A stretch of 51,467 bases of DNA from a virus (Duplodnaviria > Caudoviricetes), in IMG/VR virus record IMGVR_UViG_3300032286_000658, positions 1-51,467 of that record. One strand, written 5' to 3'. Shown piece by piece: positions 1-6,805 of the stretch. The notes under the pieces were generated by a model, which did not search any database, was not told the DNA's origin, and saw only the letters and a program-made list of their open reading frames with translations. Each line of letters starts with the position of its first letter. Position 1 is the stretch's first letter. The position numbers and the translations under genes were made by a program.

Positions 1-20
1 AGAGAGATAGGAAACTCAAA

Positions 21-230
21 ATGAATAAGTATGTATTTCGTAGATTACTGGCTGGAATTGTAATCACTCCCCTAGTTGCTCTGGCTTACCTAGTCGGCTA
101 CGCTCTGCTAGTTGGTGCTGGTGCTACTGCTAGTTCTACTGCTAATGAAGTCTGGTCTAATGGTCTAGTGTTCGGTGCTGTATTGTCCCTAGTATTTGCT
201 CTATCCGCTATCAAAGCAAAGGGGAACTAA
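21..230 (+). CDS. small membrane protein (2 TM), early cassette 1
   Basis: 69-aa ORF with two hydrophobic helices; GATAGGAAACTCAAA precedes the ATG; TAATG coupling to next ORF. Confidence 0.8.
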   Translation: MNKYVFRRLLAGIVITPLVALAYLVGYALLVGAGATASSTANEVWSNGLVFGAVLSLVFALSAIKAKGN

Positions 231-364
231 TGAATACTGAAAACTCAATAATTTTACTCTCTATTCTAGGTATGTCGTTAGGCTGGCTAACCCTAGGATA
301 CTTACTTGGAAAATACTCCGTCTATCGCAAACTACGAACACGGACTAAAAAATGGCTTGATTAG
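230..364 (+). CDS. 44-aa single-TM protein (below ORF-track cutoff)
   Basis: Read manually: MNTENSIILLSILGMSLGWLTLGYLLGKYSVYRKLRTRTKKWLD*; TAATG overlap with upstream stop; TM helix followed by basic tail. Confidence 0.7.
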   Translation: MNTENSIILLSILGMSLGWLTLGYLLGKYSVYRKLRTRTKKWLD

Positions 365-407
365 GTTGCCCTATCCAACCTAATCGGGAGAGATGAAACT
401 CTCTATC

Positions 408-470
408 GGGGCTAGGCGAACTTCCCAACTTTTCTCTCGCCTAGCCCCACTTTTTATTTTTATTTTTATT
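408..470 (+). terminator. intrinsic terminator
   Basis: GGGGCTAGGCGA (408-419) pairs with TCGCCTAGCCCC (437-448), followed by a long T-rich tract. Confidence 0.8.
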
Positions 471-526
471 TGGTCTAGGCATTTTTCATTTTTTCAAGAG
501 TTATGGAAAACTTCGTGAGAAGTTGT
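470..526 (+). repeat. intergenic cassette motif copy 1 plus palindrome
   Basis: TTGGTCTAGGCATTTTTCATTTTTTCAAGAGTT, then AACTTC-gtga-GAAGTT (509-524). Confidence 0.85.
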
Positions 527-604
527 AGATAAATGTAGGTGGCTGGGTGTAGATTTACTACACGGGATAAATAAAAAAAATCCCCTGAATAGATAGGAAA
601 CAAA

Positions 605-760
605 GTGAAGTATTTTCTCGCTGGACTAGGTGCTTACTCAATCGGGGTTGGCTCTTGGTTTTTTATGCTAAATGAAACTCCAAACTCTCTGCTGGTCGGT
701 GGGTTCTTGGGTCTGCTCTTGCTCATTGGCTCAATGGCTCTATTTCTAGGTGGTAAGTAA
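605..760 (+). CDS. 51-aa 2-TM protein (below ORF-track cutoff)
   Basis: GTG start after GATAGGAAACAAA; MKYFLAGLGAYSIGVGSWFFMLNETPNSLLVGGFLGLLLLIGSMALFLGGK*; TAATG coupling to 760. Confidence 0.7.
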   Translation: MKYFLAGLGAYSIGVGSWFFMLNETPNSLLVGGFLGLLLLIGSMALFLGGK

Positions 761-1128
761 TGACTACTAATGAAGACAACCTAATCACAATCCCCGTCAG
801 CGTGGATAGACAGACCCTATGGTCTAACACTTTTGGTGGTGGCTGGGAACACTCATCTTGGTGGGTGAAACTAAGATACGACAAGGGTGGCGATTGGGAC
901 ACGATTGGCACGGGAGTATTTACTCTAACTGCTTGCGACCCTGATGATGATGATGAACCTAAAATCACAAAGACCCTAACCATAGATGACCTTGCTCGTG
1001 CTTGGGGTATGGCTCTTACAGAGGGCTACTACCATTGTGGAACTCGCTGGGACTTGGAAGACCCTGACCACTGCGTAAGCGACGGCATACTCCAACTAGC
1101 GTTCTTCGGTGAGATTATCTACGGATAA
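760..1128 (+). CDS. hypothetical acidic protein (C-terminal D..LQ..FFGE..YG motif)
   Basis: 122-aa ORF translationally coupled to upstream ORF and followed by a terminator. Confidence 0.8.
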   Translation: MTTNEDNLITIPVSVDRQTLWSNTFGGGWEHSSWWVKLRYDKGGDWDTIGTGVFTLTACDPDDDDEPKITKTLTIDDLARAWGMALTEGYYHCGTRWDLEDPDHCVSDGILQLAFFGEIIYG

Positions 1129-1140
1129 CAACACGGCCTC

Positions 1141-1177
1141 AAAAAAATCTCTCGGCTCTGGTCGGGAGATTTTTTTT
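1141..1177 (+). terminator. intrinsic terminator (possibly bidirectional)
   Basis: AAAAAAATCTCTCGGC-tctg-GTCGGGAGATTTTTTT hairpin with G-U pairs and A/T tracts. Confidence 0.75.
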
Positions 1178-1190
1178 GATTATTTTTTTG

Positions 1191-1259
1191 TTCGTCTAGG
1201 GATTTTTCATTTTTTCAAGAGTTCTGTAAAAAGTTCCCGATTGGAACTAGTTTACAGAA
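1191..1259 (+). repeat. intergenic cassette motif copy 2 plus inverted repeat
   Basis: TTCGTCTAGGGATTTTTCATTTTTTCAAGAGTT, then TTCTGTAAA.AGTTCC-cgatt-GGAACT..TTTACAGAA. Confidence 0.85.
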
Positions 1260-1330
1260 TAAAAATGTTAGACTTGGCGTAGCCAAGCGTTGGGCTTGGC
1301 AAAAAAAATCTCTTGAAAGGGGATACCAAA

Positions 1331-1573
1331 ATGGCTTCAATTACTTACAAGGTTGGCTCACTAGCACCATTCCACGCTAACGCTGAACTAAGCGAGTTGG
1401 CGTGTATCTCTTGCGGTAAAGAGCCTAAGCGTGATTGCTGGAAGTGGGAAGTTTATGTGATTGATGGTCGCATAATCTCTAGCGAGTGGACTTATGACGA
1501 AATGTCTTTGCTCTATGTCTGCGACACTTGCTCCGTCAAGTTTGCGGATAATGTTTTGAGTGAAGGCTCATAA
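1331..1573 (+). CDS. zinc-finger-like small protein (CxxC...CxxC)
   Basis: CISC and CDTC motifs; ATG at 1331 has a GAAAGGGG SD, preferred over the TTG at 1313. Confidence 0.75.
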   Translation: MASITYKVGSLAPFHANAELSELACISCGKEPKRDCWKWEVYVIDGRIISSEWTYDEMSLLYVCDTCSVKFADNVLSEGS

Positions 1574-1586
1574 CAAACACCGCTCC

Positions 1587-1618
1587 AAAATAGTTTCGCT
1601 TAGGCGAGATTATTTTTT
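1587..1618 (+). terminator. intrinsic terminator
   Basis: AAAATAGTTTCGC-tta-GGCGAGATTATTTT hairpin with T tract. Confidence 0.6.
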
Positions 1619-1640
1619 ATTAAAAATTAGAGGTTGGCAG

Positions 1641-1716
1641 TGGATTTTTCATTTTTACTAAATGTAGGGAAAACACTTCGTTAGAAGTTGCTACCCTGAA
1701 TGGTTTTTGGTATTCT
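1641..1716 (+). promoter_or_regulatory. cassette motif copy 3, palindrome and sigma70-type promoter
   Basis: GGATTTTTCATTTTT; ACTTC-gtta-GAAGT overlaps -35 TTGCTA (1688-1693); 17-bp spacer; TGG-TATTCT -10 (1711-1716). Confidence 0.7.
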
Positions 1717-1743
1717 GGAACTCCAAACGAGATAGGAACTCAA

Positions 1744-1971
1744 ATGTCAAAAATCGCAAACCCTTACAGCAACTACTCCGCTGAAACCCTTGGCTACGCT
1801 ATTGAAGAAGCGTATCGCCAACTCGGCACAGGTGGCAACCCTGACCGACTACTGCCTATGATTGAGCAGATGAGCGAGGTCTTAGAGCGTAAGCGTAAGA
1901 CCGATTACTGCCAACACGGTGTTTTCCTTTATGGTGATGTTTCCCCTGCTTGCTGGGAGTGTGAAGCCTAA
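1744..1971 (+). CDS. hypothetical protein with C-terminal CxH...CxxC metal-binding motif
   Basis: GATAGGAACTCAAATG start; YCQHG...ACWECE. Confidence 0.8.
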   Translation: MSKIANPYSNYSAETLGYAIEEAYRQLGTGGNPDRLLPMIEQMSEVLERKRKTDYCQHGVFLYGDVSPACWECEA

Positions 1972-2153
1972 TGGCACTCAACAAGGCTGAACAGGCTAGG
2001 GCTAAGGCTGAACGCTCTGCCTTGTCCCTAGTCCTGCGTGAGCGTGCTAGAAGCAACGCTTCGGGGGTTCATAACAACAAGGGTGCTAGGCGTGCGAGAA
2101 CTCGCTCTGCTAGTGTTGCTAAGGCTGTATCTCAATCGAAAGTAGGTTCGTAA
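1971..2153 (+). CDS. small basic protein
   Basis: 60 aa, Arg/Ala-rich; TAATG coupling at both ends. Confidence 0.7.
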   Translation: MALNKAEQARAKAERSALSLVLRERARSNASGVHNNKGARRARTRSASVAKAVSQSKVGS

Positions 2154-2356
2154 TGCGTTGGTTCTGGTTATTTATTTACAAGACTTCACGGGTCATAACA
2201 CGGGTGCTGTTTGGTCTGGCTCATAAGGCTCAATGGGTCGGGTTCAAAGCCTATGATAAGGCTGGGCTTGGTGATGGCGTGGTTCGTGGTCGTAGTCGTA
2301 AGCCTTTGACTGCTATCTGGAGAGCGTGGAACAAGTTGGTAAGTCGGGAACAATAA
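2153..2356 (+). CDS. small basic/amphipathic protein
   Basis: 67 aa; TAATG coupling; followed by terminator. Confidence 0.7.
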   Translation: MRWFWLFIYKTSRVITRVLFGLAHKAQWVGFKAYDKAGLGDGVVRGRSRKPLTAIWRAWNKLVSREQ

Positions 2357-2358
2357 TT

Positions 2359-2394
2359 TAGGTCGGGGCTGGGTCGCTAGTCCCGATTTATTTT
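2359..2394 (+). terminator. intrinsic terminator
   Basis: TAGGTCGGGGCTGG-gtcg-CTAGTCCCGATTTA followed by TTTT. Confidence 0.7.
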
Positions 2395-2398
2395 GAAG

Positions 2399-2455
2399 TT
2401 GGTCTAGGGATTTTTCATTTTTTCAAGATGTATAAACTAAACTTCGTGAGAAGTT
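2399..2455 (+). repeat. intergenic cassette motif copy 4 plus palindrome
   Basis: TTGGTCTAGGGATTTTTCATTTTTTCAAGA, then AACTTC-gtga-GAAGTT (2440-2455), the same palindrome as copy 1. Confidence 0.85.
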
Positions 2456-2523
2456 GTGTTTATTTGAAAAGTATGGTTAAATTCTTATGTAGGCAGAAAT
2501 GCTGAATGATGATAGGAAATCAA

Positions 2524-2706
2524 ATGAAGACACAGACTATGGCAAGTAGAACTTGGGACGCTTTGGAAGACGGCGAGCGCCGTCCCTGTGAAGTGGCAGT
2601 AAAGATTATTTACCCTAATGGTGCGGTTTTATTCGCCTACTCACCTGACGGCTATGGAGCGTTTTATTACGACACGCTTGCTGACCTTAAGACCAATCAC
2701 GGCTAA
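2524..2706 (+). CDS. hypothetical protein
   Basis: GATAGGAAATCAAATG places the start at 2524 rather than 2506. Confidence 0.7.
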   Translation: MKTQTMASRTWDALEDGERRPCEVAVKIIYPNGAVLFAYSPDGYGAFYYDTLADLKTNHG

Positions 2707-2719
2707 TACATTGTAATAG

Positions 2720-2759
2720 AATTAGCCTGGTCGCCTGGTGGCTTCCAGGTTAATTTTTT
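2720..2759 (+). terminator. intrinsic terminator
   Basis: AATTAGCCTGG...CCAGGTTAATT hairpin followed by T tract. Confidence 0.6.
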
Positions 2760-2798
2760 ACCCTGGTGAAACTTTCAACCAGGGCTTAGGCAGTTCTA

Positions 2799-2823
2799 TT
2801 GGTCTATGAATTTTTCATTTTTT
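2799..2823 (+). repeat. intergenic cassette motif copy 5 (degenerate)
   Basis: TTGGTCTATGAATTTTTCATTTTTT upstream of TATACT -10 and the dehydratase gene. Confidence 0.75.
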
Positions 2824-2874
2824 GGCCTAAAAAATAAATAACACTATACTAGAAATTTAAGAGAAAGTATTTAG

Positions 2875-3885
2875 ATGAAAAGAGTATTACTAACAGGAGC
2901 TTCAGGTTTTGTTGGAAGTCACGTTCTAAGACACATACTAGTAAACACAGATTGGGAAGTTGTCTGCCCAGTGACCTTCACTCATAAAGGTTTATCTGAT
3001 AGATTGCGTGTTGCTGTATTGGGAGTCGATGATGACTACAGACGTGTCACGGTCATTCGTTGTGACCTAACTGCCCCTATCTCTGCAGTGACTGCCCATG
3101 AGTTTGGCAAGATTGATTATGTAATCAATGTCGCATCTGAGAGCCATGTGGATAGAAGCATAGAGTTCCCTGCCCCATTCATCATCAATAATGTTTCTCT
3201 AATTTGTAATCTGCTGGACTGGGCAAGAATTGCTCAGCCAGAAAAGATTGTTCAGGTTTCTACTGATGAGGTCTATGGACCAGCACCTTTAGGGTATGCC
3301 CATAAAGAATGGATTGACCAGCACCTACCAAGTAACCCATACTCTGCCTCTAAGGCTGCACAAGAAGACATCGCGTTCTCATACTGGAGAACATACGACC
3401 TACCTATCACGGTAACTAATACAATGAACATCATCGGTGAGACTCAAGACCCAGAGAAATTTATGCCAATGGTAATCAAGAAGGTTCTTTCTGGAGAAGA
3501 GATGAGTATCCATGCCTCCCCTACTGGAGAGATTGGTAGCAGATTCTATCTTCATGCTAGAAATCAGGCTGATGGATTGCTTCATGTCCTTACTCAGAAC
3601 TTCCCTAAGTTTGGTGAAACAACTACCCCAGAGCGTTTCCACATTGTAGGAGAGCGTGAGGTAGATAATCTGGAGATGGCTCAGATGATTGCAGATGCAG
3701 TAGGTAAACCACTCAACTACAGACTAGAAGACTTCCATTCATCTAGACCAGGGCATGACCTTCGTTATGCTCTAGATGGTAAGAAGATTACTGACACGGG
3801 TTGGAATCTGCCTATCCCTCTAGAAGAGTCTATTCGTAAGACTGTAGAGTGGACACTTGCTCATCCAGAGTGGTTGAACCTCTAA
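2875..3885 (+). CDS. rmlB: NAD-dependent NDP-sugar 4,6-dehydratase (RmlB/RfbB-like)
   Basis: GASGFVG Rossmann motif, ASESHVDRSI, STDEVYG, YSASK catalytic YxxxK, RPGHDLRYALD. Confidence 0.9.
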   Translation: MKRVLLTGASGFVGSHVLRHILVNTDWEVVCPVTFTHKGLSDRLRVAVLGVDDDYRRVTVIRCDLTAPISAVTAHEFGKIDYVINVASESHVDRSIEFPAPFIINNVSLICNLLDWARIAQPEKIVQVSTDEVYGPAPLGYAHKEWIDQHLPSNPYSASKAAQEDIAFSYWRTYDLPITVTNTMNIIGETQDPEKFMPMVIKKVLSGEEMSIHASPTGEIGSRFYLHARNQADGLLHVLTQNFPKFGETTTPERFHIVGEREVDNLEMAQMIADAVGKPLNYRLEDFHSSRPGHDLRYALDGKKITDTGWNLPIPLEESIRKTVEWTLAHPEWLNL

Positions 3886-4025
3886 TAGTTTTAGGTTGCT
3901 AGAGTCTGGTATCTGTATAGTTTTGGTCTGAAACTATACAAGTTTGTTAGATGTGTATAGTTCTAGTCTGGGACATCACACGGTGATTTGTCTGGCTAAG
4001 TTGTTATCAATTTGTTATCTAGATA

Positions 4026-4055
4026 TTGCATGTTTTGCTTTTTATGCTATAGACT
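4026..4055 (+). promoter_or_regulatory. sigma70-type promoter
   Basis: TTGCAT, 18-bp spacer, TAGACT; GACTGGTC-ata-GACCAGTC inverted repeat overlaps the -10 and start region. Confidence 0.6.
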
Positions 4056-4105
4056 GGTCATAGACCAGTCAGAGAGGCTGGCAAGTTTCGATAGGAGAAA
4101 CCCAA

Positions 4106-4543
4106 ATGTCAGTTAGTTTCTATGGCTACAACAAGACCACTCAATCATTCTCAGAGGCAGAGATAAACCTGTCTAACTCAAATGCTCAAAGCCTATTTGA
4201 CCTACTTGGTCTAAGGATTGACCCAGATGGTGATGGGGATTGGGCTGGCTCTATCTCTGCTGATGACCTGCTAGGTCGTGCTTTGATTGCTCAGGCTATC
4301 AACCCTGCTGATGAGGGTATGCCTGCCTACAAGTTGACTGGGGCTGATTACTCTGGACAGTCTGGCATGTTGGGGGGTCTGTTGGCTGGGCTTGCTCAGG
4401 CTGAGGCTGAGGGTAGACCTAGCCCTAGTATCTGGTCTGCTGGTCGCTCTGCTGGCTACTTTGATGAGAGGCTGGCTCAGGTTAGAGAGTTGGCTGAGGA
4501 GGTCAAGGCTCTGGGTGACGACTGGGTAATCAACTGGGCATAG
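4106..4543 (+). CDS. hypothetical protein, last early-type cassette
   Basis: 145 aa; GATAGGAGAAACCCAAATG start; own promoter and terminator. Confidence 0.8.
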   Translation: MSVSFYGYNKTTQSFSEAEINLSNSNAQSLFDLLGLRIDPDGDGDWAGSISADDLLGRALIAQAINPADEGMPAYKLTGADYSGQSGMLGGLLAGLAQAEAEGRPSPSIWSAGRSAGYFDERLAQVRELAEEVKALGDDWVINWA

Positions 4544-4556
4544 CCTAGCCCTACAC

Positions 4557-4594
4557 GGGAACCCTCACGGTGAAGTCTGTGGGGGTTTCTTTAT
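4557..4594 (+). terminator. intrinsic terminator
   Basis: GGGAACCCTCACGG-tgaagt-CTGTGGGGGTTTCT followed by TTAT. Confidence 0.7.
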
Positions 4595-4637
4595 GTCTGA
4601 GGCAAGTGTGTCCACTTGTGTCCTGTATTGGGCTCTA

Positions 4638-4714
4638 GTGTCCTTGTGTGTCCTTGTGTGTCCTTGTGTGTCCTTGTGTGTCCTTGTGTGTCCTTGTGTG
4701 TCCTTGTGTGTCCT
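4638..4714. repeat. tandem repeat (TCCTTGTGTG)x7 with partial flanks
   Basis: Seven perfect decamers at 4641-4710; degenerate copies at ~4606-4624, ~4928 and ~5071. Confidence 0.97.
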
Positions 4715-5314
4715 ATGACTAAACACGGTGAAGCTTTTGCCTTTGTGTTGGGTGAGGTGGGTTGCTGTTGATGTGTCTATTAACTTTTGCTCTGGGCTAT
4801 CTCTTATTATGGTGGGCTGTGGTTTGTGGTTGGTCTGTCGGTATGTTATCGGGGTTGCCTTGAGATGTGTCCCTAAAATCTTGGGTGTCTTGGATAAGAC
4901 TTTGTAATAATTTTATTGGGCTGGTTATCCTTGTGTATTGCCCTCAAATAATAACTAGGACGGGGCTGGCTGGATAAAATCTATCGGGGCTATCTTTTGA
5001 GAGAGTTCATTGTGTTGAGGTTTTTTGTAAGACTTGATTGACTTTTTTATTCTCAAGTTTTTATCTTGCTTTGTGTCCTCCTTCTTCTTCTTCTATTTAT
5101 TTATTTATTTTGATGGCTACTACATAGTTTTTTATTTTGTTTTTCAAAATGTTTTTATGGCTTCTCGGGGATTTAGGATAGGGGGGGTCGTTTTTAGGAA
5201 ACAAATTAGGGTTTTTCAATTTCTATACGCTACCCTCTCACAGGCCAAAAGCAGTTAGCGTTAAGGTACTAAACTTTAAATAAAGTACACTTCTTTTGCC
5301 GCTATACTATACCT

Positions 5315-5836
5315 ATGACAGATCGCCGTTCCGCTCGTAAGCAACCACTCCCCCCAGAAGAAAAACGTTACCTTAATTCGCTCCCGGAGGAGGATCTCAT
5401 TAAGCGCGTCTATGATCTTTACCATTCAGGCTGGACTCTTCAGGCTATTGGCGACTCACTAACTCCCCCACGTCCACGCTCTACCATCCGTTCCTGGCTG
5501 CTCCGTTTCACCCCACCCACAGAACGTGACTTAATAGACGCCCCTATTCCTACCCCCAACCCAAACTACCTAACCCACCCGGACGGCTACCAAAAGACTA
5601 CCCCGGTCTCTCCAGGCATCCTCCCCGACGAGGTTGAGCTGATTCAGTCGATTGCTCCGGTTGCCCGTCAATTCCGTGCAAAGATGTCCACATCCTCCGC
5701 TGCAGCTGTGGCGAATGACCAGCTAACCGCTATTTGCCTACGCCTACACGCTAACGGCGTTCCAGTTAAAGACCTAGCCAAAGCAGCTGGAGTGACCTAC
5801 AGAGCCATGTATCGACGTGTCAAGTTGACAAAATAG
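5315..5836 (+). CDS. double helix-turn-helix DNA-binding protein
   Basis: N-terminal GWTLQAIGDSL..RSTIRSW and C-terminal GVPVKDLAKAAGVTYRAMYRR HTH-like motifs with a Pro-rich linker. Confidence 0.8.
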   Translation: MTDRRSARKQPLPPEEKRYLNSLPEEDLIKRVYDLYHSGWTLQAIGDSLTPPRPRSTIRSWLLRFTPPTERDLIDAPIPTPNPNYLTHPDGYQKTTPVSPGILPDEVELIQSIAPVARQFRAKMSTSSAAAVANDQLTAICLRLHANGVPVKDLAKAAGVTYRAMYRRVKLTK

Positions 5837-5854
5837 ACGCAACTACTCTAGAGT
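5825..5854 (+). promoter_or_regulatory. sigma70-type promoter
   Basis: TTGACA (5825-5830), 18 bp, TAGAGT (5849-5854). Confidence 0.55.
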
Positions 5855-5877
5855 TGTGATATTCTAGATAGACGGAG

Positions 5878-5916
5878 AGCACATTCTTTCACTAAAAGGA
5901 AGGATGTGCTTTTTTA
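5878..5916 (+). terminator. terminator/attenuator hairpin
   Basis: AGCACATTCTTT pairs with GAAGGATGTGCT, followed by a T run. Confidence 0.7.
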
Positions 5917-5992
5917 TATCTAAAACTAAATAGAATGTCACTTTGACAATAAACGACCCCAGTGCTAAAGAAATGAAAGGTAAGGTCGCTAA

Positions 5993-6622
5993 ATGAAAAA
6001 GAAAAACAAAAAGCTAGTTTCAATATCAACCGCTGTTGTGTTGACCCTGGCAGGCTGTGCAGCGTCAGCTGCTAATGCTTCGCTACATGAAACTGTGTCC
6101 GCCCCTACTGTTGTTGCTTCAAAAGCAAAGACTGTAAAAAGCCCCCTAATAAAAACAATAAAAGCGCATCAAGCTGCTCAGGGTATGTTAGAAAGAGAAG
6201 CACTTCGACTAAAGAAGTTGTTGAACAATCAGATCAAAATCCAAGCAGCCGTTAAAGAAGTAGCAAAATACGCGGGTAAAACCTGGTACGTATTTTCCGG
6301 TTCTAGCCCCAGAGGCTGGGACTGCTCCGGTCTCGTACGCTGGACGTATGAGCAAGTCGGTATCGAATTAGAACATCGAGCCAACGCCCAAGCCAATTCT
6401 GGCCGAAAAGTAGTAGACCCAATCCCTGGAGATGTTGTAGCTTTCTACCACAAAGGTAGTAACTACTCATTCCATGTTGGAATCTACTTAGGAAAAGGTA
6501 AGATGATTCACGCTTACCAGCTGGGCATGAGAACAGTAATCCAACCAGTTAAAAAAGTCGTAAAAGAAAATTGGGGAGCTCGTGTGACATACACTCGAAT
6601 TCTCTCACAGCCAGCAATTTAG
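5993..6622 (+). CDS. secreted NlpC/P60 (C40) peptidoglycan endopeptidase
   Basis: Signal/lipobox-like N-terminus (LAGC); YVFSG...WDCSGLV, PGDVVAF, HVGIYLG, MIHA catalytic Cys-His-His motifs. Confidence 0.9.
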   Translation: MKKKNKKLVSISTAVVLTLAGCAASAANASLHETVSAPTVVASKAKTVKSPLIKTIKAHQAAQGMLEREALRLKKLLNNQIKIQAAVKEVAKYAGKTWYVFSGSSPRGWDCSGLVRWTYEQVGIELEHRANAQANSGRKVVDPIPGDVVAFYHKGSNYSFHVGIYLGKGKMIHAYQLGMRTVIQPVKKVVKENWGARVTYTRILSQPAI

Positions 6623-6637
6623 TGCTAGTATTCAAAT

Positions 6638-6805
6638 ATGACATCTCAAAGTGTATTGGTATTCGCAATTATTGTTCTACTCTTAGTTGCGCCTAACGTT
6701 TACAATATCTGGAGTTCATTAAAGACCCGCTCCAAGCAGAAGAAGGAGACTCTACTCCAACCTCTGCTTGGGGTGGTTCTTCCAAAAGACAAGAAGGAAA
6801 AATGA
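6638..6805 (+). CDS. 55-aa single-TM protein (below cutoff)
   Basis: MTSQSVLVFAIIVLLLVAPNVYNIWSSLKTRSKQKK...; ATGA overlap with next ORF. Confidence 0.65.
   Translation: MTSQSVLVFAIIVLLLVAPNVYNIWSSLKTRSKQKKETLLQPLLGVVLPKDKKEK

Noticed and set aside
470-2823. Dispersed motif as a CRISPR array or integron attC sites
   Set aside because: Spacing is 400-760 bp with whole genes between copies; no cas or integrase gene in the window; no consistent RYYYAAC/GTTRRRY boxes.
4638-4714. Tandem decamer as a CRISPR array
   Set aside because: 10-bp head-to-tail units with no spacers.
5034-5258. 74-aa Phe-rich ORF
   Set aside because: TTG start, no SD; a translation of the low-complexity T-rich tract.
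5837-5992. c-di-AMP (ydaO) riboswitch upstream of NlpC/P60
   Set aside because: Plausible context, but I cannot match the ydaO consensus; kept only as an unassigned structured leader.
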